Notes under the pieces: generated by a model | Told to the model about the DNA's origin: nothing | Database searches by the model: none | The model's input: the letters and a program-made list of their open reading frames with translations, nothing else | Origin: Chloroflexota bacterium | GTDB lineage: Bacteria > Chloroflexota > Dehalococcoidia > Bin125 | Length of the DNA stretch: 64,000 bases | NCBI GenBank assembly: GCA_028874365.1 | Contig: JAPPJZ010000061.1 | Location: 2,352 to 66,351, forward strand | Direction of reading: 5' to 3' | Translations under genes and position numbers: made by a program | Shown here: piece by piece, positions 26,539-36,680 of the stretch | Layout: every line of letters starts with the position of its first letter | Position numbering within the stretch: the first letter of the stretch is position 1

Positions 26539-28008
26539 GTGGAGTCGATCCCGCAGCGCCTAAGTTACCGCTTTCGCGGGGAGCGGCTCTATAGTGGCGT
26601 TATGTTCCGCCTGCGCCGAGGAGATGGAGACCGGAGAGATACCCCCGGCGGGAACGGCACGCGTCCAGAATGGCATCTACGCAAGTGGCTTGCGCCCGGC
26701 ATCGGGATCAAGCGCTGGTTCGTGTTGCTGTTGTTCGGCATGGCGCTGCTGGGCCTGGGTGTTTCGTTTCTGGCGCGGGAGCTCTACCTGACGGTGACGC
26801 TGCCCGGGGCGTTCTACTACATCACGCTCCAGTTCCTGCCCTACGCGGTGCGCGGTGCGGTGCTGCTTGGCCTCGCGATCCTCTGCGTTGGCATCGGGAT
26901 TGGGAAGTTCACTTCAGGACTGGTCGTCGCCGCACGCTCCTCGGACAGCAGAACGGGCAGCGACGAACCCCTAGTTGACCTACTCCACCGGCAACGCTTC
27001 GCGGGGCGGGGGATCCGCATCGTCTGCATGGGCGGCGGCACGGGACTGTCGGTGCTGCTGAGAGGGCTCAAGGCGTACACGGACAACCTCTCCGCAGTGG
27101 TGAGCGTTGGGGACGACGGGGGCTCGTCGGGACGGTTGAGACGTGATCTGGGGATCATTCCACCGGGCGATCTGCGCAACTGCATTGCCGCGCTTGCGGA
27201 CGCCGAACCGCTGATGACGCGCCTGTTCCAGTACCGATTCCCCGAGGGATCCGGCAACGGCCTCGAGGGGCACTCGTTTGGCAACCTGTTCATCGTCGCG
27301 ATGTCCGACGTGGCGGGGTCGATGGAGGAGGCGATCCACGAGACGGGCCGCGTACTCGCGGTGCGCGGCAAGATCCTGCCCTCGACGCTGGAGAACATCC
27401 GGTTGGCTGCCATGACCGCCGACGGGGAGAAGATCCGGGGCGAATCATCGATCACGGAAGCGGGGCAGCGGATCGCGCAACTCAATCTCGAACCGCTGCA
27501 TCCGCCGGCCTACCCGGAAACACTCAACGCGATCCGCAACGCCGATCTGATTGTGGTCGGTCCGGGCTCGCTGTTCACCTCTGTTCTGCCCAACCTGCTC
27601 GTTCCGGACCTGCGAATCGCGTTCCAGGAGTCGGACGCGATGAAGCTGTACGTCTCGAACGTGGCCACACAACATGGCGAGACGGACCACTTCTCGGTGC
27701 AGGACCACGTCCGGGTGATCGCCGACCACATCGGCGGACTGCCCTTTGACGCCGTGATCGCGAACAGCAACAGCAGGGCGAGGCTGCCGCGCGGCTGGAA
27801 GTCGGAACCGGTGCGAGTCGATGATCGAAGCGACCAGGCTGACCTGGCGAACAGCTTGCGGATCATCGAGGCGGACATCGTCGATACCGGCAACCGCTAC
27901 CGCCACGACAGCAACAAGCTCGCCGATGCGATCATGACCGCATACCATGAGGGTCGCGAGGCCGGCGTCCGACCTCGGCGTCCGCAGCGTGTGACGATTC
28001 CGGAATAA
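26539..28008 (+). CDS. YvcK/CuvA-family (UPF0052, CofD-like fold) protein with an unusual ~130-aa N-terminal membrane extension (2-3 TM helices)
   Basis: Core IRIVCMGGGTGLSVLLRGLKAYTDNLSAVVSVGDDGGSSGRLRRDLGIIPPGDLRNCIAALAD is the YvcK signature, not CofD. N-terminal WFVLLLFGMALLGLGVSFLA / AVLLGLAILCVGIGIG helices show coding-like GC3. An alternative start is 26602. Confidence 0.75.
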   Translation: MESIPQRLSYRFRGERLYSGVMFRLRRGDGDRRDTPGGNGTRPEWHLRKWLAPGIGIKRWFVLLLFGMALLGLGVSFLARELYLTVTLPGAFYYITLQFLPYAVRGAVLLGLAILCVGIGIGKFTSGLVVAARSSDSRTGSDEPLVDLLHRQRFAGRGIRIVCMGGGTGLSVLLRGLKAYTDNLSAVVSVGDDGGSSGRLRRDLGIIPPGDLRNCIAALADAEPLMTRLFQYRFPEGSGNGLEGHSFGNLFIVAMSDVAGSMEEAIHETGRVLAVRGKILPSTLENIRLAAMTADGEKIRGESSITEAGQRIAQLNLEPLHPPAYPETLNAIRNADLIVVGPGSLFTSVLPNLLVPDLRIAFQESDAMKLYVSNVATQHGETDHFSVQDHVRVIADHIGGLPFDAVIANSNSRARLPRGWKSEPVRVDDRSDQADLANSLRIIEADIVDTGNRYRHDSNKLADAIMTAYHEGREAGVRPRRPQRVTIPE

Positions 28009-28041
28009 CCGCATACGAGAGAACTCGGATACAACAGAGTC

Positions 28042-28269
28042 GTGGGCATTTCAGAGGTTCTCAACGTCATCCAGATCCTGGTCGCGCTGACCGTGATCGC
28101 GGCTGTGATCTTGCAGGCCAAGGGCGCAGGATTGGGGAATATCTTCGGCGGTGTTGGGGCCGAGTCCTCGTACCGCACCCGACGCGGCCTCGAACGCTCG
28201 CTGTTTCGCGGGACGATTGTCCTGATGTTGGTGTTCGTCGGACTCAGCATCGCCGCGACGCAGGTCTGA
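28042..28269 (+). CDS. secG: Preprotein translocase subunit SecG
   Basis: 75 aa with two TM helices separated by the Gly-rich loop GAGLGNIFGGVGAESS. Size and topology are typical of SecG. Confidence 0.75.
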   Translation: MGISEVLNVIQILVALTVIAAVILQAKGAGLGNIFGGVGAESSYRTRRGLERSLFRGTIVLMLVFVGLSIAATQV

Positions 28270-28296
28270 TTTTTCCCGACAACTCCCGGCAGTGAC

Positions 28297-29247
28297 ATGT
28301 CCGAATCTCCGCGAGTCCTGTTCTACGGATCGCCAGACTTCGCCGTGCCGACGCTGCAGGCGCTGATCGACAGTCCGTATCGGCCCATCGCCGTCGTCAC
28401 GCAGCCGGACGCTCGTGCCGGACGCGGCCGATCGCTGCGTCCGCCGCCGGTCAAGGAACTCGCTGCGGCGTACGGGATTCCGGCCCTTCAACCCGAGAGG
28501 CTGCGCGACCGCGCCGCGATCGCACAGATTGCCAGTCTGCGTCCAACTCTTCAGATCGTGGCTGCGTACGGGCAGATCATCCCGTTGGAGATCCTCGGTC
28601 TTCCCGCGCAGGGAACACTCAACGTCCATGCGTCGCTCCTGCCTCGGTGGCGCGGCGCTTCGCCGATCTCGGCCGCCATCCTGCATGGCGATGACGAGAC
28701 GGGCGTCACGATCATGCTGGTTGACGAGACCGAAGACACAGGTGACATCCTGCGCCAACGAGCGACGCGCATCGATCCCGTCGAGCACGCCGGACAACTG
28801 AGCGATCGGCTCGCCGATATGGGAGCCGGGCTACTCATGCAGACCATTCCCGACTGGCTGGACGGCAGGATTGGCCCTCAGCCGCAGGACGGCAGCCTTG
28901 CCACGAGGGCAAGGCGCGTGCGGAAGCAGCAGGGTCGGATTGACTGGACCGGCTCGGCAGAGGAGATCGCCCGCCATGTCCGCGCGTACACACCGTGGCC
29001 CGCGGCAGCCACGACTCTCGGTGCCGCCTCGATTCGGATCACACAGGCGTCGAGTGTCGGCAAGGATGTGCGGAGCGAACCGGGCGAAATCGTCGAAGCC
29101 GACGACACGATCCGCGTCGCAACCGGTGATGGCGTGCTGGCGATTGAGCGTTTGCAGCGGGCCGGCAAGAGGGAACTCAGCGCCGAGGAGTTCCTGCGGG
29201 GAGCACGGGATCTCGTCGGCCAGCGATTCGGCGACTCCAATGGCTGA
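28297..29247 (+). CDS. fmt: Methionyl-tRNA formyltransferase
   Basis: VLFYGSPDFAVPTLQAL..., SLLPRWRGASPI (formyltransferase SLLP motif), C-terminal RNA-binding domain. Confidence 0.9.
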   Translation: MSESPRVLFYGSPDFAVPTLQALIDSPYRPIAVVTQPDARAGRGRSLRPPPVKELAAAYGIPALQPERLRDRAAIAQIASLRPTLQIVAAYGQIIPLEILGLPAQGTLNVHASLLPRWRGASPISAAILHGDDETGVTIMLVDETEDTGDILRQRATRIDPVEHAGQLSDRLADMGAGLLMQTIPDWLDGRIGPQPQDGSLATRARRVRKQQGRIDWTGSAEEIARHVRAYTPWPAAATTLGAASIRITQASSVGKDVRSEPGEIVEADDTIRVATGDGVLAIERLQRAGKRELSAEEFLRGARDLVGQRFGDSNG

Positions 29248-30286
29248 TCCGGTGGACCTGTTGGACCTCGACCGCGAGGCTCTCGGCGATCTGATCGAGT
29301 CGCTCGGTCAGCCGGGCTTTCGCGCTCGACAGGTCTGGCGCCAGATGTATCAGCGCGGAAACGTCGATCCGATGCAGATGACCGATCTGCCGAGGGTGCT
29401 TCGCGAAAATCTGACTGAGGTTGCGGCAGCGGAGCGTGAGCCGCTGGAAGTGCAGACATCCGCCGATGGCTCGACCAGCAAGGCGCTGCTACCCCTGTCG
29501 GACGGCGAACCGATTGAGACCGTGCTGATTCGATCGAGGCCTCGAGACACCGTGTGCCTGTCGTCGCAGGCTGGTTGCGCGATGGGTTGCGTGTTTTGCG
29601 CCACCGGCCTGCAAGGGCTTCGACGACAGCTCAGCGTGGGCGAGATCCTGCGCCAGGCCGTACTGGCGCGTCGATGGTCGCGTGACGAGGGTCGGGAGCT
29701 GACACACGTCGTGTTCATGGGGATGGGCGAGCCGCTGGCCAACTACTCGAACGTCAGCGAGGCGATCGTCCGTCTGACGGATCCGGAAGGATTCGGCCTG
29801 TCGCCGAGACGAATCACGGTGTCGACGGTCGGAATTCCCCTGAACATCAGGCGGCTGGCCAGCGATCATCCCACAGTCAACCTGGCGGTCTCGCTGCATG
29901 CGCCCGATCAGGAGCTGCGACGGGAGTTGGTGCCCGTACCCGGCGCGTCCGTCGACGACATCGTGTCAGCCGTTCGCGAGCACAATCGGCGGACGGGCGG
30001 TCGGGTGACGTTCGAGTACGTGCTGCTCAGGGGCGTCAACGACAGCCGGGCTCATGCGCGGCGACTGGCGGACCGGATCCGGGGCATACGCGCCCACGTC
30101 AACCTGATTCCGTTGAACCCATCGCCCGGCGTGGTGGGCACACGTCCATCGCGACGGACGACGCTGGGCTTCCAGCAGGCGCTGCAGGAGCGAGGGGTTC
30201 GGGCGACGGTTCGCGTCGAACAGGGACGAGACATCGCGGCCGCCTGCGGACAACTGCGCGGAGACCGAGTTCGGTCGGGCGCGTAG
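29240..30286 (+). CDS. rlmN: 23S rRNA (A2503-C2)/tRNA methyltransferase, radical SAM
   Basis: LSSQAGCAMGCVFCATG CxxxCxxC cluster and MGMGEPLANY. Start taken at ATG 29240 (MADPVDL), an 8-nt overlap with fmt; the ORF track extends upstream to 28871. Confidence 0.9.
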   Translation: MADPVDLLDLDREALGDLIESLGQPGFRARQVWRQMYQRGNVDPMQMTDLPRVLRENLTEVAAAEREPLEVQTSADGSTSKALLPLSDGEPIETVLIRSRPRDTVCLSSQAGCAMGCVFCATGLQGLRRQLSVGEILRQAVLARRWSRDEGRELTHVVFMGMGEPLANYSNVSEAIVRLTDPEGFGLSPRRITVSTVGIPLNIRRLASDHPTVNLAVSLHAPDQELRRELVPVPGASVDDIVSAVREHNRRTGGRVTFEYVLLRGVNDSRAHARRLADRIRGIRAHVNLIPLNPSPGVVGTRPSRRTTLGFQQALQERGVRATVRVEQGRDIAAACGQLRGDRVRSGA

Positions 30287-30290
30287 CCGA

Positions 30291-30950
30291 CTACTCCTCT
30301 TCGGCCTCTTCTTCCTCTTCTTCGCCCTCGACGCCTTCCTCGTCCAGGAGTTCGTCGATCTCTTCTTCCTCATCTTCCTCTGCGACGCGCGGAGCGAGTG
30401 CCGTTGCAACGGCGACGGCCTCGTCTGTCAGTGCGGTCACCCCCTCGGGAAGCTCGAGATCGCGGACCAACACCGAGTGTCCGAAGTCTTCCAGGACCGA
30501 GATGTCCACTTCTATCACCGACGGCATGTCGGTCGGCAGCGCCTCGAGCATCAGCGCCTCCAGGGACTGGACGACGGTGCCGCCCATGGCGACGGCTTCC
30601 GAGTCGCCGATCAACTCCAGCCGCGCCTCAGAGTGAATCACGCGTGTCAGGTCGACTTGATAGAAATCGAGATGCAGCAGTTGCCGGCTGACGGGGTGAC
30701 GCTGGATGTCGCGCAGGACGACGGGAATCGTGTCGCTGGCGCCGTCGATCGACATCGAGACCACGGCGTTGCGGTCGACCGCGGAGAACACCCGGCGAAT
30801 CTCGTTCATCGAGGCCTGAATCGCCTGGGACTCCTGACCACGTCCGTACAGGTTCGCGGGGACGAGGTCGTCACGGCGCAAGCGCTTGACCTTCTTACCG
30901 AGCACGCTGCGGCTCTCCGCTTGCAGGACCAACTCGGCGGCGTCAGACAT
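30291..30950 (-). CDS. rplY: 50S ribosomal protein L25 / general stress protein Ctc, with acidic C-terminal tail
   Basis: LQAESRSVLGKKVKRLRRDDLVPANLYGRGQES and the Ctc-type C-terminal beta domain. Poly-Glu tail. Confidence 0.85.
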   Translation of the reverse strand: MSDAAELVLQAESRSVLGKKVKRLRRDDLVPANLYGRGQESQAIQASMNEIRRVFSAVDRNAVVSMSIDGASDTIPVVLRDIQRHPVSRQLLHLDFYQVDLTRVIHSEARLELIGDSEAVAMGGTVVQSLEALMLEALPTDMPSVIEVDISVLEDFGHSVLVRDLELPEGVTALTDEAVAVATALAPRVAEEDEEEEIDELLDEEGVEGEEEEEEAEEE

Positions 30951-31066
30951 CGTCTTCCATCCATCTCAGGCGACCACGCGGGGTCTTGAGCGCGTACGGA
31001 ATGACGCTATGACGGCATTCTCAGGCAGTCAAGCAATCCAAACACTCGCCGTACACTGTCGCCACG

Positions 31067-33088
31067 ATGGCGCAATCTCACGACCGCCTGGATGAACGTT
31101 CCCATGACCGTCTGTTGGGCGTCGATGTCGGCGGCACGTTTACGGACTTCGTCTTCCTGCGCGACGGAGAAATTGAGATCGCCAAGCGACCCTCGACGCC
31201 GGACGATCCGGGACGCGCGATCATCAATGGGCTGACAGAGTTCGGTTGGACGCCCGAAGAGGTTGTGCACGGTTCGACGGTCGCAACCAACACCTTGCTG
31301 ACGCGAACAGGCGCTCCTACGGCGCTGATCACTACGGCAGGCTTTCGAGACACCCTCGTCATCGGACGGCAGGCGCGCCCCGATCTGTACGCGCTGCATC
31401 CTCAACGCCACGAACCGCTGGTGCCTCGCCGGCTGCGTTACGAGGTCGACGAGCGGATCGCGGCCGATGGCACGGTCATTGCGCCGCTCGACCTGGCCCA
31501 GCTCGACGCCGTGCTTGATCGGATCGCCCGGACGCGCGCTCGTAGCGTGGCGATCTGCTTTCTGTTCAGCTTCATCAATCCGGAGCACGAACAGTCGGCG
31601 GCCGAGCGCGCCCGATCACGCGGCTTCGATGTCTCGGCCTCGTACGAAGTGCTACCGCAGCACCGCGAGTTCGAGCGGATGAGCACGACGACGGCGAACG
31701 CGTATCTCGCGCCGGTGATGACGCGCTACCTGGACTCCCTGGAATCGAAACTTGAAGATCGCAGTGAAGGCGATGTTCGGCTGCGAATCATGCAGTCGAA
31801 CGGCGGCTCACTCTCGGCCGGCTCGGCCGGTCGCAATGCTGTGCGGACCGTGCTTTCTGGACCTGCCGGCGGGGTCGCCGGTGCGTTCGCGGCGGCCGAG
31901 ACGGACGGGTTTCCGCAGGCGATGACCTTCGACATGGGCGGCACCTCGGCCGATGTTGCGCTTTGCCCGGGTCGGTTGCTCGAGCGCACCGACCTGGTCG
32001 TGGACGATATGCCGATTCGCACACCCGCCGTTAACCTGCACACGGTCGGGGCGGGCGGCGGCTCGATCGCCTGGTTCGATCCGGGCGGCGCGCTGCGTGT
32101 CGGCCCGCAGTCGGCGGGCGCGGACCCGGGTCCGGCAGCGTACGGTCGCGGCACGCTCCCCACGGTGACGGACGCACACACGGTGCTGGGACGCCTGCGC
32201 CCGGAGCAGCAGCTTGGCGGGACCGTCGACCTCGATGTCGAGCGGGCGCGAGAGGCGATCAGCACGATTGCGGAGCCGTTCGGATCGGTCGATGGGGCCG
32301 CGCGGGCGGTGATCGATGTCGTCAACGCCAATATGGCTCGCGCGCTGCGGGTGATTTCGGTCGAGCGGGGCTACGATCCGGCCAACTTCACCCTCGTCGC
32401 GTTCGGCGGCGCCGGACCGCTCCACGCCTGTGATCTGGCGGACGCGCTGGGCATCCCGCAGGTACTGGTCCCGCCTGCGCCCGGCGTCCTCTCGGCAGCG
32501 GGCATGCTGATATCCGACATCACGCGAGACGCCGAGCAGGGACTCCATCTCACTATCGGTCCCGAGGATGCGGGGAGCGTCGGTCGACTCGACGAAGCGT
32601 TCTCGGTGATCTCCGAGCAGGCGCGAGCGGCGATCGGCGAGGACGGCTATGACTCGAACGTGCGGATCGAGTTCGCGGCCGACTTGCGCTACCTCGGACA
32701 GTCACACGAACTCACCGTCTCACTGAACGATGGGCACGATGCTCAATCCGTGAGGAACGCCTTCCACGAGGCGCACGTCGAGCGCTTCGGGTTCTCCAAC
32801 GCCAGCACTCCGGTGGAGGTCGTCACTGCTCGCGCGAAGGCTCGACACGAGGGATACCGGGGCGATCTGGGCGTCGCGTCGGCGTCGGATGGTTCCCAAT
32901 CGCACACCGTAAACGTGAGTTGGGACCGAGAACGAGCAACGAGGGTGATGTCGAGGGGATCGGTGGATGAATCAGTGTCGGGTCCGGCGATCATTACGCA
33001 GGTTGACACGACGGTCACGGTTCCGCCGGGATGGTCGGCGACGCCCTTGTCGACGGGGAGCCTGCTCGTGAAGCGAGACCAGAGGTAG
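31067..33088 (+). CDS. hyuA: Hydantoinase/oxoprolinase family protein, A subunit (HyuA-like, ASKHA ATPase)
   Basis: LLGVDVGGTFTDFVFL N-terminus; 673 aa. Confidence 0.85.
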   Translation: MAQSHDRLDERSHDRLLGVDVGGTFTDFVFLRDGEIEIAKRPSTPDDPGRAIINGLTEFGWTPEEVVHGSTVATNTLLTRTGAPTALITTAGFRDTLVIGRQARPDLYALHPQRHEPLVPRRLRYEVDERIAADGTVIAPLDLAQLDAVLDRIARTRARSVAICFLFSFINPEHEQSAAERARSRGFDVSASYEVLPQHREFERMSTTTANAYLAPVMTRYLDSLESKLEDRSEGDVRLRIMQSNGGSLSAGSAGRNAVRTVLSGPAGGVAGAFAAAETDGFPQAMTFDMGGTSADVALCPGRLLERTDLVVDDMPIRTPAVNLHTVGAGGGSIAWFDPGGALRVGPQSAGADPGPAAYGRGTLPTVTDAHTVLGRLRPEQQLGGTVDLDVERAREAISTIAEPFGSVDGAARAVIDVVNANMARALRVISVERGYDPANFTLVAFGGAGPLHACDLADALGIPQVLVPPAPGVLSAAGMLISDITRDAEQGLHLTIGPEDAGSVGRLDEAFSVISEQARAAIGEDGYDSNVRIEFAADLRYLGQSHELTVSLNDGHDAQSVRNAFHEAHVERFGFSNASTPVEVVTARAKARHEGYRGDLGVASASDGSQSHTVNVSWDRERATRVMSRGSVDESVSGPAIITQVDTTVTVPPGWSATPLSTGSLLVKRDQR

Positions 33089-33096
33089 CCAGAGCC

Positions 33097-34704
33097 ATGA
33101 CCACCCCCGAGATCAATCCCGCACGACTGGCGATCTTCGACTCGTTGGTCAGTTCGATCGCTGAGGAGATGGGCGCCGCGCTGCGGCATACGGCGCTCTC
33201 GCCGAACATCAAGGAGCGGGCCGACTTCTCCTGCGCGGTCTTTGATCACGAGGGTCAGCTATTGGCCCAGGCCGCCCATATTCCCGTGCACCTCGGCGCG
33301 ATGCCGGAATCTGTGCGCGCCGTCGAGCGGCTCGAGCCGTGGCGGCCCGGCGATTTGGCGATCCTCAACGATCCGTTCCTCGGCGGCACCCATTTGCCCG
33401 ACGTGACGATGGTCTCGCCGGTCTTCGCGCACGGCGCTGGCGAGGACGACGCACCGATTGGTTATGTCGCCAGTCGCGCGCATCAGGCGGACATCGGCGG
33501 GATGGCGCCGGGGTCGATGCCGGTTGCTCGCGAGCTGATCCAGGAAGGCCTCGTGATTCCGCCGATCCGTCTCTATCGGAACGGCGAACTCGTCGAAGAG
33601 GCGATGGATCTGATCCTGCGCAACGTGCGCACACCGGACGAGCGGCGCGGCGACTTCAACGCGCAGATCGCCGCACAGCGCCTGGGGGAACGGCGGATCG
33701 CCGACCTGCACAGCGAGTACGGCGACGACGGATACAAGCAGACGACCGAAGCCTTGCTCGACTACGGCGAGCGCCTGACGCGAGCGGCGCTGCGCGAGCT
33801 GCCACACGGCGTCTGGAGCTTCGCGGACTCGCTGGACGACGACGGCCATACAGAGGAACCCGTGCCGATCAGGCTGAGGCTGACGCTGGACGAGGATCGC
33901 GCGCATTTCGACTTCTCGGGCACTGCGCCTCAGCGGGCGGCGTCGATCAATGCGGTCGCGCCGGTGACGCGGTCGGCCTGCTACTACGTGATCCGCTGTT
34001 TGCTGCCGCCCGATACGCCGATGAACTCGGGCCTGTTCCGGCCGATCACGTTCACCTTGCCCGAGCGCTCGATCGTGGCGGCGCAGACGCCGGTCGCGGT
34101 CGCCGCCGGGAACGTCGAGACCTCACAGCGAATCGTCGACACCGTCTGGGGCGCGTTCAATCAGCTCTTGCCGGAGCGAATGCCGGCGGCGTCTTCGGGC
34201 ACGATGAACAACCTCACCGCGGGCGGCATCGATCCGCGCAACGGACAGCCGTGGGCGTACTACGAGACCTCCGGCGGCGGGCTCGGCGGGGGACCGGAGA
34301 GCCCCGGTCTCGACGCGGCCCACTCACACATGACCAACACGCTGAACACCCCAGCCGAAGCGCTCGAGCTTGCCTATCCGCTGCGCGTGGTCGAGAACAG
34401 CATTCGGCCCCGCTCGGGCGGCCGCGGACGCCGTCGGGGCGGCCACGGTCTGGTTCGGCGCACCGAGTTCCTCGGTTCGGCGCAGGTCACGCTGATCACC
34501 GAGCGGCGCAGCCAGCAGGCGTGGGGCGCGCAGGGAGGCGAGGCGGGTTCGTCGGGTCGGAACAGCCTGGAAGTCCGGAGAGCCGACGGCACTCGCTCGA
34601 GGCGCAGGCTGCCGGGCAAGATCACCGTCGACGTCGAGGCCGGCGACATCATTCGCCTGGAAACTCCCGGCGGAGGTGGGTGGGGCGAGGCTCAACCGCG
34701 CTAA
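33097..34704 (+). CDS. hyuB: Hydantoinase B/oxoprolinase family protein (HyuB-like)
   Basis: AIFDSLVSSIAEEMGAALRHTALSPNIKERADFSCAVFDHEGQLLAQAAHIPVHLGAM. Start taken at ATG 33097 (MTTPEIN), 9 bp after the hyuA stop. Confidence 0.85.
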   Translation: MTTPEINPARLAIFDSLVSSIAEEMGAALRHTALSPNIKERADFSCAVFDHEGQLLAQAAHIPVHLGAMPESVRAVERLEPWRPGDLAILNDPFLGGTHLPDVTMVSPVFAHGAGEDDAPIGYVASRAHQADIGGMAPGSMPVARELIQEGLVIPPIRLYRNGELVEEAMDLILRNVRTPDERRGDFNAQIAAQRLGERRIADLHSEYGDDGYKQTTEALLDYGERLTRAALRELPHGVWSFADSLDDDGHTEEPVPIRLRLTLDEDRAHFDFSGTAPQRAASINAVAPVTRSACYYVIRCLLPPDTPMNSGLFRPITFTLPERSIVAAQTPVAVAAGNVETSQRIVDTVWGAFNQLLPERMPAASSGTMNNLTAGGIDPRNGQPWAYYETSGGGLGGGPESPGLDAAHSHMTNTLNTPAEALELAYPLRVVENSIRPRSGGRGRRRGGHGLVRRTEFLGSAQVTLITERRSQQAWGAQGGEAGSSGRNSLEVRRADGTRSRRRLPGKITVDVEAGDIIRLETPGGGGWGEAQPR

Positions 34705-34735
34705 ACTGAGGGCAACGGGCAGCGGAGGAGCGAAC

Positions 34736-35137
34736 ATGTCGGACGGTTCTGACCGGCTCGAACGTGACGTCGAAGAAGTGCTCTCGAACATCGAGGATTT
34801 CGATTGGCGCAGACGCCAGTCGCGGCGACCGGGGCCGATCCGGATTGCCCTGCAGCGCTACGGGTCGGGGCTGGTCAGTCGGGCCGCAGCGCTGACTCCC
34901 AACCATCTGCTACTGCTCGGCGCAGCGCTGCTGATCGTGGGCCTGGTCCTGCGCGGCGGTGGCCTCTGGCTTGCGATCGTCGGCATCGTCGTGTTCTTGA
35001 TCGGACTGTTCTGGACCTCGCGCGGCGGCAACCGGCAGGCCAACCAGCCCCGGGGCGGCTATTGGCGCGACCGCTACATCAGCTACGAACAGAGCGAAAC
35101 GAACCCGCTGCGAAGATTCTTCCGCCGCAACCGGTAA
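34736..35137 (+). CDS. Small membrane protein (2 TM), hypothetical
   Basis: GGAGGA RBS 5 nt before ATG 34736. Helices LLLLGAALLIVGLVL / LWLAIVGIVVFLIGLFW. High GC3. Confidence 0.4.
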   Translation: MSDGSDRLERDVEEVLSNIEDFDWRRRQSRRPGPIRIALQRYGSGLVSRAAALTPNHLLLLGAALLIVGLVLRGGGLWLAIVGIVVFLIGLFWTSRGGNRQANQPRGGYWRDRYISYEQSETNPLRRFFRRNR

Positions 35138-35145
35138 GCCCTGCG

Positions 35146-36654
35146 GTGCGTTGGCTCACCGGCGCCCTGACTCTCTTCTTAGCCCTTGTCTTCGCGTCCT
35201 GTGCGGACTCGGAGCAGGCCCAACCAGCGCGTCCGGCGGTAACTGAGCAACAAGCGCAGGCCCAGAAGGCCGCGCAAGGCGAGGACGAGCCTGGCGTCGC
35301 TCAGGAGGCCGAGGAGGCTCAGCCGCAGCAGGCCGATCGACCGGCAGAGGGAGATCAGCCGGACGACCAGGAGTCGGACCGCGAGGCAGCATCGTCGTCC
35401 GATCAGCAGGGTTCCGAGCAGGACGAAGCTGATTTCGTGATGCCGGACCCCTCGGGACCGGACGCGCCCGCGTTCGACTTCGCGCTGGCGCTCGACTATC
35501 TGACGCGGTTGGTCGAGGAACTCGGTCCGCGTGCGACCGGAACCGATGAAGAACGGGCGGCCGCAGCCTGGATCGCCGAGGAGCTCGAGGGGCTCGGCTA
35601 CGAGGTGGAGATCCAGGAGTTCAGTTATCGAGCCATGGCATCGTTCTCGCGCATAGATCTGGACGAGAATCGCAGCCTCTACGGCTTCCGATTCCCAAAC
35701 TCGGGATCCGGCACGGCGACCGGCACACTCGTCGACGTACCGGGGGTGGGCGAGGAAGCAGACTTCGCGGGTGTCGACGTGGACGGCAAGATCGCCGTCG
35801 TCGATCGCGGCATCGTCGAATTTCGCGTCAAGGCGGCCAATGCGCAGACAGCGGGCGCAGTGGCTCTAATCGTCGTTGATGCCCGGGGCGAACGCGGGTT
35901 CGCCGGAACGTTCGGCGCGTACGTGAGCGACATTCCGGTCCTGCTGATTCGAGTCGAGGACGGAATCCGTCTGCGCGCTCGGCTAGGGCAGTCATTGACC
36001 GTGCCGGAGGCGCAGCCGCTGACGGGCGCTTCGCAAAATGTGATAGCTCGCAAATCCGGCGGCGTTTGCCGGGTCGTGGTCGGCGGACACTACGACACCG
36101 TGCCGGCCGTTGACGGGGCCAACGACAACGCATCGGGAACAGCTCTGACGTTGGCCTTCGCGGAGCTCTGGGCGGGACATCCCGGTTCGTCCGACATCTG
36201 CTTCGTCCTGTTCGGCGCTGAGGAAATGGGCCTCCATGGTTCGGGGGAATATGTCCGTCAATCGATCGCCAGCGGTTCGTTGGAGGAGGTCACGGCGATG
36301 CTGAACCTGGACGCCATCGGCGACGGCCGGCCGCCGTATCGCATTGTCGTCTCCGCCGAATTGAGGGATCTCGCAGACTTGATCGCGAGCGAGGTGCAGA
36401 TTCCAGCGGGTCTAGGACGCTTGCCTATGGAGGTTGGCTCGGATCACGCCAGCTTCGCGTCGGTCGAGATTCCGGTCGTCTTCGTCTTCGCCCCGGGGGC
36501 GATCCTGCATGTCCCCGCGGACAACCTCGACAACTTCAACGAGGGCTTGTACGAGGACATTTCGCGGTTCAACCACGCGATGCTGGCTTGCCTGCTGTTG
36601 CGCGCCGGAAGCTCAATCACCCCGCTCGTTCCCTGTACGGAACGGACCCCGTAG
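35146..36654 (+). CDS. M28-family aminopeptidase lipoprotein with PA (protease-associated) domain
   Basis: Lipobox LFLALVFASC after GTG 35146. PA domain (KIAVVDRGIVEFRVKAANAQTAGAVALIVVD). M28 metal ligands (GGHYDTVPAVDGANDNASGTA...FGAEEMGLHGS). Confidence 0.75.
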   Translation: MRWLTGALTLFLALVFASCADSEQAQPARPAVTEQQAQAQKAAQGEDEPGVAQEAEEAQPQQADRPAEGDQPDDQESDREAASSSDQQGSEQDEADFVMPDPSGPDAPAFDFALALDYLTRLVEELGPRATGTDEERAAAAWIAEELEGLGYEVEIQEFSYRAMASFSRIDLDENRSLYGFRFPNSGSGTATGTLVDVPGVGEEADFAGVDVDGKIAVVDRGIVEFRVKAANAQTAGAVALIVVDARGERGFAGTFGAYVSDIPVLLIRVEDGIRLRARLGQSLTVPEAQPLTGASQNVIARKSGGVCRVVVGGHYDTVPAVDGANDNASGTALTLAFAELWAGHPGSSDICFVLFGAEEMGLHGSGEYVRQSIASGSLEEVTAMLNLDAIGDGRPPYRIVVSAELRDLADLIASEVQIPAGLGRLPMEVGSDHASFASVEIPVVFVFAPGAILHVPADNLDNFNEGLYEDISRFNHAMLACLLLRAGSSITPLVPCTERTP

Positions 36655-36680
36655 TCGGTCCGTCATGCGACACTAACGCT

